From NCBI GenBank assembly GCA_031426295.1, contig JANPKZ010000012.1:6099-70098 (forward strand): a DNA stretch of 64,000 nucleotides, read 5' to 3'. The notes under the pieces were generated by a model that was not told where the DNA came from, did not search any database, and was given only the letters and a program-made list of their open reading frames with translations. Numbering within the stretch: position 1 is the stretch's first letter; each line of letters opens with the position of its first letter. This document shows, piece by piece, positions 57,301 through 64,000 of the stretch. The position numbers were made by a program, and so were the translations under genes. This stretch comes from Saprospiraceae bacterium (GTDB lineage Bacteria > Bacteroidota > Bacteroidia > Chitinophagales > Saprospiraceae).

Positions 57301-58794
57301 GAAATCAGTGCAACGGATGATTTTTATAACACAGGTTTTGGACAGACGCTATCTCAAAATGTGCTGGCCAATGATGAAGGTCTACAACTTACATTAACTT
57401 CTGTCGATAATGCGGTTGGCGGCCAGGTGACATTCCTGCAGAATGGACAATTTACGTTCACGCCTGCACAAGGATTCAGTGGAGAAGCATCATTTGACTA
57501 TACCATAGAAGATGCATGTGGAAGTACTGCATCAGGTCATGTAACAATTATTGTTCAGGAAGGTGTTTGCGACTTTACGATCACGCCTGCTATTTCTCCT
57601 GCACATTGCGGGTTGCCGGATGGAAGTATTACAGTAACCGTTAATCCTTCAGCTAACTATTCGTATCAGTGGAATAATGGAGGATCAGGACCCACGATCA
57701 CTAACCTGGCAGCAGGTAATTACACAGTGACGATCACAAATAATGATCTGCAATGTTCGTTAGTCTTTACCATTCCTGTCAGCCAGGCACCTGTTGATCA
57801 TATCAGCAACCTGAGTATCACTCAACCTTCCTGTGAAGCGCCTGGTGAAATTCAGTTCAATGTATTTACCAGCGGTGCAAATCCGCTTGCTATGACGGTA
57901 GAACATCCAAATGGTAATGATGTATTCCTGGTTGTACCCGGAACAATTCAGTTATCAGATTTTGTGCCGATTGTACCGGGAGAATATAGGATAGAGGTAT
58001 TCGATTCAGGCGCAGGGCCTTCATGCAGTGAAGAGCTAGTTGTTCAATTACAGGTAGGGACATCAATTCATATTGTGACTGCAGGAATTATCCCACCAAC
58101 CACCCCATCCGCAACCGATGGTTCAGTGATTGTGACAGCATCGTCTCCCGGTGTGTTACCGTACATGGTATTTTTAGACGGGGCATTTTATGGATCGGTG
58201 AATAGTCACACGTTCTCCGTGGAAGGTTTGGGTGTAGGTGAATATGAAATCCGTGTGATCGATGCGAATGGTTGTATTTCAAATTTCCTGTTTGCAGAAG
58301 TGCCACCACCAGCCATCATTTTTTCTTTGGGTACTTCTGTTATCTATTCGCCTTCGATTAGCAATGATTCCGAACGCTCAGGTGTAGAAGGTATGAATGT
58401 TACAAGTTTTTTCACGGCTTCTGTTGATATCCCACAAGGCAATACATGGCATGAAGTTCAATTATTGTATTCACCTATATCGAGGTCTTCATTTGTTCTG
58501 GATTATTACAGGGACTTGTATCGCATAAAGCTGCAGAATTTGCAGTTGCGTTCGCAGGCAGGTATTGGAGTACACCATGGTGATGCCGCAGCATTATTTG
58601 AGAGACCAAATACGCCAATGCACTGGAACCTGAAGGGTTCTGCGCAATACAATCTTGGAAAATATATAGATCTCAGAGGAGCAATCACAGTAGCGGGTTG
58701 GGACAAAATCGCGACGCCGATTATTGAATTAGGATGTCGTGTGAAAATTCCGTTCTTAAACGCACAAAACTTTTCTGCTTCAAATATCAAATAA
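54340..58794 (+). CDS. Giant SprB-repeat / cadherin-like surface protein lacking a T9SS CTD
   Basis: 1484 aa. Signal peptide, ~330-aa unknown domain, hydrophobic helix WIPTIIGAAGVGTGVYFL, about 10 SprB-type modules (C.G..NG......Y.Y.WSNG......L..G.Y.VTV), one cadherin/VCBS-like module, and a ~160-aa amphipathic-beta C-terminus. Confidence 0.8.
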   Translation: MQTCGRFIIFLFLLTWSQNHMVSAQSMSVKATSTGRTTGHIATLFITNTGTSVLEAQPQTVYIPSTGDYQSYVAKIPATDVPVGGVTTVVIQGYCADVHTAPVPAGVDMPAFGTWLPVGLPETLSSNAIKIAPSATLDPFATNDITTLTSSEGYRVVPSANEIGTLLWPGTDMTTNGIINPVNYSSDFAPVIVAINERIQQTTDNVLSVMNTPFSAQPEKERDAVIQQTFWMIMAAMTGDEYTKKHFTDKVYDRYKEKTGNAASSLSEADKKILDDGIDQFWRVFNAVATQAKLLRSNLPGQVISGEPASSSIVFPWSDISLIDTQMKPHYGKSVGGNGKFPWIPTIIGAAGVGTGVYFLTREDDEDPVEDCTFSVQQQIQSSTCGMPNGAIILTPFPQRVYDFVWSTGSTGSQLTNVVAAVYTVTITRVGTTCSQTMQFNVTNNNINIGASANVTNASCGQQNGTASISVSTPGSYSYTWSNGRTGTSQANLAAGAYTVTVSAGGTCQEVVSFTITELGAAFTATASATPAHCGLEDGSITVTADPPANYTYLWSNGNTGAQDLTLAAGTYTITVSLAGGACSKVVTATVDELPTNFNLTISNTPSACGQNNGTATVNASPSGQYEYLWSNGSTSLSTSNLAPGDYSVTVSITGTQCSKTISTTITELAPTFQLSATSTPSACGQASGTGTVTVTPAGSYSFLWSNGATTSTVSNLAPGSYTITVSITGTQCTKTITTTVTEFGPAFLLTTSSTPADCGQADGSATINVSPAASYTYQWSNGSTTQTNNNLTSGIYQVTVTLAGTQCSKDTSVNVGQAQVSFTATLTSTPALCGLSDGSAAINVQPAGEYTYIWSNGQTGTSVTGLPVGTINVTVTDENSCSSAFNVTVDQLPQTFVTIDSTLSANCLGGGEIGFTITTSGAGPLVVQVVSETDSMVFNLPAGSYLLSEVSDITITPGSYTIFVYDLSIGNVCFEEVQATVDNESPEISATDDFYNTGFGQTLSQNVLANDEGLQLTLTSVDNAVGGQVTFLQNGQFTFTPAQGFSGEASFDYTIEDACGSTASGHVTIIVQEGVCDFTITPAISPAHCGLPDGSITVTVNPSANYSYQWNNGGSGPTITNLAAGNYTVTITNNDLQCSLVFTIPVSQAPVDHISNLSITQPSCEAPGEIQFNVFTSGANPLAMTVEHPNGNDVFLVVPGTIQLSDFVPIVPGEYRIEVFDSGAGPSCSEELVVQLQVGTSIHIVTAGIIPPTTPSATDGSVIVTASSPGVLPYMVFLDGAFYGSVNSHTFSVEGLGVGEYEIRVIDANGCISNFLFAEVPPPAIIFSLGTSVIYSPSISNDSERSGVEGMNVTSFFTASVDIPQGNTWHEVQLLYSPISRSSFVLDYYRDLYRIKLQNLQLRSQAGIGVHHGDAAALFERPNTPMHWNLKGSAQYNLGKYIDLRGAITVAGWDKIATPIIELGCRVKIPFLNAQNFSASNIK
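55447..57021 (+). repeat. Seven in-phase 225-nt (75-aa) tandem SprB-type modules (approximate bounds)
   Basis: Module boundaries recur every 225 nt (55672, 55897, 56122, 56347, 56572, 56797). Units 4 and 5 are the most alike. Confidence 0.85.
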
Positions 58795-58831
58795 TTCAGC
58801 CATCAGTTTGATGGCATGCCAACAGTCAAAT

Positions 58832-58864
58832 AAAAAAGCCGGAGGATTACTTCCGGCTTTTTTA
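58832..58864. terminator. Bidirectional rho-independent terminator
   Basis: An A5 run, then stem gccgga(g)/(t)tccggc with loop gattac, then a T-run. It lies between convergent genes. Confidence 0.8.
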
Positions 58865-58950
58865 TTTGGAGGATTATGCTTCCTGATTTTGGAATTCCGC
58901 AGCGCGTATTTCAATTTCTTTATTGCTGATATCTTTCACCAGAACAAAAT

Positions 58951-59532
58951 TTATTGGGAATTTGCACCGTAAGTTGTACTCTCAAGAACAGTTTTCACTT
59001 TGCCAGTACTGCTTTTCCGAATGATGAATAAGTTATCAAAATCGCTGTTGGAAATTGATACGCGCTTATGTGATATCGAGTGAATGATCATAGGAATCTG
59101 ATCACTATGCCCAACAACAAGAATATTTTTATCGCTTGTCTTTTTTAAGCGGCTGATAAATCCTTTCAGATCCCCGGTCTTGTAAACATTCACGGATTGG
59201 TGAAGCTTATCAGCTAATGGTTGTGCCGTTTTCTGCGTGCGAAGACATTCAGAAGCATATATTCTGTCAATATTCTTACTGGCAAGTAATTGAGCCAGTG
59301 CGTCAGCTCGTATTTTTCCATCTTCTGCGAGGCCACAGGAGCGACAATCCTCACATGCTTTTTCAGCATGGCGCACCAGGAAGTATGTTGTATTAGATGT
59401 TTCCGCAGATGTTGTGTTAGATGTTGTGTTAGATGTTGCAGTGGATGTCGTGTTAGGTTTTGTAATTGTAAACGCATACACACCTATCAGCAGCAACAGC
59501 ACCAAAACAGCAGGAATTATTTTTCTGAACAT
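58951..59532 (-). CDS. Histidine phosphatase (phosphoglycerate-mutase-like) family protein with signal anchor
   Basis: Start at MFRKIIPAVLVLLLL (M73 of the listed ORF). LVRHAEK catalytic motif and VVGHS. The upstream extension is a translation of low-complexity DNA. Confidence 0.7.
   Translation of the reverse strand: MFRKIIPAVLVLLLLIGVYAFTITKPNTTSTATSNTTSNTTSAETSNTTYFLVRHAEKACEDCRSCGLAEDGKIRADALAQLLASKNIDRIYASECLRTQKTAQPLADKLHQSVNVYKTGDLKGFISRLKKTSDKNILVVGHSDQIPMIIHSISHKRVSISNSDFDNLFIIRKSSTGKVKTVLESTTYGANSQ
59387..59458 (-). repeat. Six 12-nt tandem repeats encoding a (T-S-N-T)-like linker
   Basis: gttgtattagat gtttccgcagat gttgtgttagat gttgtgttagat gttgcagtggat gtcgtgttaggt. Confidence 0.85.
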
Positions 59533-59624
59533 TATGTGAATGTTTGCCAATATAAACTCAGGAATAAGCACATTAGTTTTGTTAACGCCTTTACCAAGGG
59601 TCTCGCCAAAACGCATGGAAAATT

Positions 59625-59713
59625 CACGCAGAGACGCAGAGAAAATATTGTTTCTTGTTCTTGCTCTCCGCCCCTTGCTCCCCGCCCCTCGCTCCTCGCC
59701 CCATTCCCCTCGC
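59625..59713. repeat. 7/14-nt periodic C-rich tract (G-rich on the minus strand) with five C4/G4 runs
   Basis: ATTCACG CAGAGAC GCAGAGA ... TTGCTCT CCGCCCC TTGCTCC CCGCCCC TCGCTCC TCGCCCC ATTCCCC TCGC. C4 runs at 59671, 59680, 59685, 59699 and 59706. Confidence 0.7.
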
Positions 59714-60082
59714 TCAAATCCTCTCCAATTGTTCCTTTGTCCGTTCATTCCTTTGGTCCCCCGTATTCAATATAGTCGCCGGTTCAAACAACATGACAGA
59801 TACTTCATTAGTTGCAACAGGGCGGTGCTCCGTCCCACGTGGTATGATCAGAAATTCGTTTTTGCGTAATGTGATTGTCTGGTCCCGTAGCTCCATATTG
59901 AACTCACCTTCCACGACATAAAACATTTCGTCCTCGTCATCATGCTTATGCCACACAAACTCACCCTGGAACTTGACGAGCTTCACCATTTGGCCATTTA
60001 ACTCACCCGCCACCCGTGGATTCCAATAATCGCTGATCTGCGAGAATTTGTCTTCAATGTTAATTTTAGCAATCATTGTCAT
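59714..60082 (-). CDS. Cupin domain-containing protein
   Basis: 122 aa. Cupin motifs GEFVWHKHDDEDEMFYVVEG and PRGTEHRP. Confidence 0.75.
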   Translation of the reverse strand: MTMIAKINIEDKFSQISDYWNPRVAGELNGQMVKLVKFQGEFVWHKHDDEDEMFYVVEGEFNMELRDQTITLRKNEFLIIPRGTEHRPVATNEVSVMLFEPATILNTGDQRNERTKEQLERI

Positions 60083-60245
60083 AGCAATCAGTTTTGGAAT
60101 TAAGAATTACACATTAGCGGGATGAGAAGACAGTAAGTTATAAAAACTCACTGTTCACTCCCGATGGCTATCGGGATCACAACTCACATCCGGGGAATTC
60201 TCTACATTTGTTGACTTCTGGAAAGCAAAATAATAACCGATCCGT

Positions 60246-60569
60246 ATGTTCCTTCTCGCTGAAGTTCAAGGTTTTCTAACCTCCCTGGATATCTGGGATA
60301 TCACTTTTATCATCATCCTGGCTGTATTTCTTGGGATCGAGGTCATTAACAACGTACCTGCCATCCTGCATACCCCGCTGATGAGCGGGGCAAATGCCAT
60401 CCACGGAGTGGTGATCATTGGAAGCATCATTGTTATGGGGCATACAGCACCGGACAATTATCTAGCCCTCATACTCGGATTCCTTGCCGTGGTGCTGGGG
60501 ACCCTGAATGTGGTCGGTGGATTTGTAGTGACTAATCGGATGCTGCAGATGTTTAAGAAGAAGAAATAA
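60246..60569 (+). CDS. pntAB: NAD(P) transhydrogenase alpha subunit part 2 (membrane)
   Basis: 107 aa with 3-4 TM helices. LHTPLMSGANAIHG motif is typical of PntAB. Confidence 0.85.
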   Translation: MFLLAEVQGFLTSLDIWDITFIIILAVFLGIEVINNVPAILHTPLMSGANAIHGVVIIGSIIVMGHTAPDNYLALILGFLAVVLGTLNVVGGFVVTNRMLQMFKKKK

Positions 60570-60629
60570 TTGTACGGATCCCAATATTATATCAAAGCGA
60601 ATTACCCAACCCTTTCCTGATCATTCTTT

Positions 60630-62033
60630 ATGGCGAATAGCGACATCCTTAAAATCTGTTACCTGATCGGCAGCCTTTCCTTTATTGTCGGTCTGAAGAT
60701 GCTTTCCAAACCCGACAAAGCGAAAAAGGGAAATCTCTTTGCTGCTTTTGGAATGCTGGTCAGCATCATCGGTACGATCCTGTTTCATGAAAATGTAAAT
60801 CACGAAACCGGTGAAATCACGCCGATCGGGAACCTGACCTATATATTCGGCGCTATTCTTATCGGTACCGTGGTAGGTTATATAGCGGCAATGCGGGTCA
60901 AGATGACTGAGATGCCACAGATGGTGTCACTGTTCAATGGTATGGGTGGTGCATGTGCTGCATTGATCGGCATCGTGGAAATGAATACACATCATCCGCA
61001 GGAATTTGGCGAACGTTTTATCATTTTCCTCAGCCTGATGATTGGTACGGTTTCATTTGCAGGTAGTATGGTCGCGTATGGAAAGCTGGAAGGAAAGATC
61101 AAAGATTATGGAAGCAGGCTGCAGCAGATTACCAACAATACAATCGTCTTCGTCATACTTGCATTCATTGGGTATATCTCATACAATGCCGGACTTGGGG
61201 ACGGATTGATCTGGGTGGTCTTTATTGCCTCCCTTATCTATGGTGTGTTGTTCGTCCTCCCGATTGGTGGTGCAGACATGCCGGTAGTTATTTCACTATT
61301 GAATTCATTTACCGGTATCGCTGCTGCATTAGGCGGCTTTCTGTATGACAACCAGGTTATGCTCACAGGAGGTATTCTCGTGGGTAGTGCCGGTACGATA
61401 TTGACGGTCCTCATGTGCAAAGCGATGAACCGCAGCTTATGGAATGTGATCAGTGGTGCCTTCAGCGCCAGTGGTCCAAGCGGCAAATCAACAGAAGGTC
61501 TTTCTGTCAGTGAGATCAGCGTGACTGATACAGCGATCATGTGTGCCTATGCACAACGCGTTGTAATTGTGCCCGGATATGGTCTTGCTGTTGCTCAGGC
61601 GCAGCACACATGTCATGAATTTGAAAAAGCACTGGAAGCAAAAGGTGTGGAGGTTAATTATGCTATACATCCTGTAGCTGGTCGTATGCCGGGTCACATG
61701 AATGTACTCCTTGCAGAAGCAGATGTTCCATATGACAAACTGAAAGAAATGGAAGATATCAATCCACAACTTCCCAATACAGATGTACTGATTGTTATTG
61801 GTGCTAACGACGTTGTGAATCCTGCAGCAGAAACGGATCCGTCATCACCGATCTATGGCATGCCGATCATTAAAGCCAATACAGCTAAAAATGTAATTGT
61901 CATGAAGCGTTCAATGGCGAAAGGATATGCGGGTATCGAGAATGAATTATTCTACGACAAAAAGACGCGTATGCTTTTCGGTGATGCAAAAGCGTCGTTG
62001 GAGAAATTGATCTCTGAGTTGAGAAATGCATAG
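60630..62033 (+). CDS. pntB: NAD(P) transhydrogenase beta subunit
   Basis: 467 aa. N-terminal membrane domain plus dIII (VPGYGLAVAQAQH, AIHPVAGRMPGHMNVLLAEA, VIGANDVVNP). Confidence 0.92.
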   Translation: MANSDILKICYLIGSLSFIVGLKMLSKPDKAKKGNLFAAFGMLVSIIGTILFHENVNHETGEITPIGNLTYIFGAILIGTVVGYIAAMRVKMTEMPQMVSLFNGMGGACAALIGIVEMNTHHPQEFGERFIIFLSLMIGTVSFAGSMVAYGKLEGKIKDYGSRLQQITNNTIVFVILAFIGYISYNAGLGDGLIWVVFIASLIYGVLFVLPIGGADMPVVISLLNSFTGIAAALGGFLYDNQVMLTGGILVGSAGTILTVLMCKAMNRSLWNVISGAFSASGPSGKSTEGLSVSEISVTDTAIMCAYAQRVVIVPGYGLAVAQAQHTCHEFEKALEAKGVEVNYAIHPVAGRMPGHMNVLLAEADVPYDKLKEMEDINPQLPNTDVLIVIGANDVVNPAAETDPSSPIYGMPIIKANTAKNVIVMKRSMAKGYAGIENELFYDKKTRMLFGDAKASLEKLISELRNA

Positions 62034-62105
62034 AACAAAATCTTGCCGCTAATTTCACTAATTAACGCTAATTAAATAAATCTGCGTGTCCTGCATCCGT
62101 TTTTC

Positions 62106-64000
62106 TTAGAGTCCTATTTTCTTTGCCAACACATCAAAGCGAGCATCATGACGTATCAGATCCATCTTGGGATCGACGCGGATACTACACAGTGATTCTT
62201 CATGTCGCTCATAACTTTTCTCAAGCCAGATAAATGCGCGATCGGAGTCTCCCATGGATGCATATACCACTGCGAGACTGCGATGATCATTACTTCCTAA
62301 GGTGTGATTGATCAGGATCTCATTGACGATCTCGTTGGCTTTGTCATGATCACCAGAAGCAGCATAGATGTGTGCTAAGCCGAGATTGGTTTTCACAACA
62401 TTGTTGATAAGACTACCCCACGCATGATTTTCACGAGCTGCTTCGTGATACATTTTCTTTTCGGTGTAACAGAGAGACAACAAACGATGCGCAGACACAA
62501 AGTCCTGATCCAGCTCAAATGTCTTCAATGCTTTTTCAATAGCCAGATCATATTCACGAGCGTAATAAAAAAAGATCCCCTGGTCTTTCAGAATGGCTTG
62601 TGACACAGGATCGAGATCGACAGCAAGTGCAATTTCACGTATGGCTTCTTTCGTACGCCCCTTAAACAATAACCATTCACCATACCAGTGATGACCAGTT
62701 GCATACTTCGGATTGAGATTGATGCCGATGCGGAATTCCTTTCCTGAGTTTACCCAGTCCCATTCGTTCAGCATGATCAGCAATGCAAGAGATATGTGTG
62801 CTTCTGCTAAAAGTGGATCTATGGACAATGCTTTTTGAATAGCAGCCTTCGCTTGCGGATGCAACTCTCTTCTGGAGAAAGTAGTGTGTTCTCCAAGCAG
62901 ATTATATGTATCAGCAACACCCACCCATGCAAGTGCATATTCAGGATCTTTCTGAATAGCCATTTCAAAAAAGCGCAATGCAGTGATCAGGCTGGATTCG
63001 CTGCGTTTATTCCACAAAAATCTTCCCTGCAGATAAAGTTGATATGCTTCGGGATTAGCAGTATATCGTTTTTGAAGCGCGTCTTTGTCTTCATCAGTCA
63101 ATTGTATCCGCAAGGCTTCTACTATTTTCGAAGCCACCTGTTCCTGGATATCAAAAATATCATCGAGCGTACCCTGAAATGTATCTGCCCATAAATGTGA
63201 ATCATCCGACACATCAACTACCTGTGCAGTGATCCGTAAAACATTTCCCTGAGTCCTCACACTGCCTTCCATGATATAGGTCACATTCGTTTCTTCGCCA
63301 ATACTGCGAATATCTTTTGATGTGCCTTTATATTTCATTGACGTTGTACGCGAGATCACACGCACATCTTTCAATCTGGAAAGATTGGAAATTAATTCTT
63401 CTGTTAATCCGTCACTGAAATAATCCTGTTCTGCATCATTGCTCAGATTTACAAATGGCAGCACAAGGATTGAATCCTGCAACACCTTTTCACCTTTCCC
63501 TTCCACAATGGATGTATCAGGCGTAACGATGCCGTCATTCCGAATGGCGTACAGATCTATTTGTTCCCGTACATGCAAGAGTTGATATCGGCCTAATGCC
63601 ACAGCGTCAAACTGTTGCTGATTTTTAATATCATCATACACCCTGTTGGAGAGTAGTATGCTGCCTGGAACAGAAAAGGTTTCAATACGGGAGGCAATGT
63701 TAACGACGTCACCATAGATCGTGTCTTCATCGATTACTACATCTCCTGAGTGGATCGCAATGCGCAGTGGTACAATGGGTTCTGCCTGCATCTCAATCTG
63801 TAATGCTAGCGCAGCCTGGACAGCCTCGAGGTTACTTGTGAAGAGACAAAGAGCTCCATCACCCCGCAGTTCTATGATCCGGCCATGATGGGATTTTGTT
63901 TCTTCTTCCAGCCTGACTTTTAGTTTTTCAAGTTGACGTATGGCCAGATCTTCGTTTTCCTGCATCAGCAGACTGCTGTCGGCGATTCCGGCAAACATAA
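62106..64000 (-). CDS. Adenylate/guanylate cyclase domain protein with TolB-N-like and TPR repeats, N-terminus cut by the window edge
   Basis: Class III cyclase core (GDGALCLF, IAIHSGDV..., YGDVVNIASR), then a TolB_N-like segment (ILVLPFVNLS..., FSDGLTEELI) and multiple TPRs. Confidence 0.8.
   Translation of the reverse strand, partial: MFAGIADSSLLMQENEDLAIRQLEKLKVRLEEETKSHHGRIIELRGDGALCLFTSNLEAVQAALALQIEMQAEPIVPLRIAIHSGDVVIDEDTIYGDVVNIASRIETFSVPGSILLSNRVYDDIKNQQQFDAVALGRYQLLHVREQIDLYAIRNDGIVTPDTSIVEGKGEKVLQDSILVLPFVNLSNDAEQDYFSDGLTEELISNLSRLKDVRVISRTTSMKYKGTSKDIRSIGEETNVTYIMEGSVRTQGNVLRITAQVVDVSDDSHLWADTFQGTLDDIFDIQEQVASKIVEALRIQLTDEDKDALQKRYTANPEAYQLYLQGRFLWNKRSESSLITALRFFEMAIQKDPEYALAWVGVADTYNLLGEHTTFSRRELHPQAKAAIQKALSIDPLLAEAHISLALLIMLNEWDWVNSGKEFRIGINLNPKYATGHHWYGEWLLFKGRTKEAIREIALAVDLDPVSQAILKDQGIFFYYAREYDLAIEKALKTFELDQDFVSAHRLLSLCYTEKKMYHEAARENHAWGSLINNVVKTNLGLAHIYAASGDHDKANEIVNEILINHTLGSNDHRSLAVVYASMGDSDRAFIWLEKSYERHEESLCSIRVDPKMDLIRHDARFDVLAKKIGL

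Noticed and set aside
59533-59748. N-terminal extension of the 58951..59748 ORF (RGEWGEERGAGSKGRRA...) and the overlapping plus-strand ORFs 59290..59775 and 59540..59869
   Set aside because: These are translations of the 7/14-nt periodic GC-rich tract. The histidine phosphatase has a good signal-anchor start at 59532.
12124-60245. The 48 kb between pntAA and pntAB/pntB as an inserted genomic island
   Set aside because: The interval is full of core genes (mutY, ddl, rfbA, mvaD, RND, xdh). It has no integrase, tRNA or direct-repeat boundaries, so rearrangement is more plausible than insertion.

Overview
This is a chromosomal segment of a Bacteroidota genome. The phylum call rests on several T9SS type-A and type-B C-terminal sorting domains, SprB-type repeats, a TonB-dependent receptor and an RND efflux operon. 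GC content looks low-to-mid 40s % by eye and was not computed. There are about 50 credible protein genes, densely packed on both strands. I saw no rRNA, tRNA, CRISPR array, transposase, integrase, phage gene or recognisable defence gene. Most genes are housekeeping: rsmA, dtd, mutY, ddl, rfbA, mevalonate diphosphate decarboxylase, heme A synthase, split pnt transhydrogenase genes, a guanine deaminase/xanthine dehydrogenase operon, RND efflux, an SMR exporter and an ECF-type sigma factor. Three very large cell-envelope proteins are also present: a 1385-aa 15-module adhesin with a type-B T9SS CTD, a 1484-aa SprB-repeat protein with no CTD, and a 1214-aa metallophosphoesterase-Omp85 fusion. I do not see a convincing new multi-gene system such as a defence island. 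The observations most worth follow-up are listed here. (1) Two perfect parS-type palindromes sit in tandem, with AT-rich DnaA-box-bearing spacers nearby, so the window is probably origin-proximal. (2) A four-helix-bundle (23S-IVS/Avd-family) gene cassette bounded by 28-nt inverted repeats made of heptamers is inserted inside the RND operon. (3) Further heptamer-periodic low-complexity tracts occur in other spacers, one carrying a G-quadruplex motif. (4) The 1484-aa SprB-repeat protein has an internal hydrophobic helix and a C-terminal segment that looks like a small beta-barrel instead of a T9SS signal. All domain calls come from motif recognition by eye. No database search was possible.
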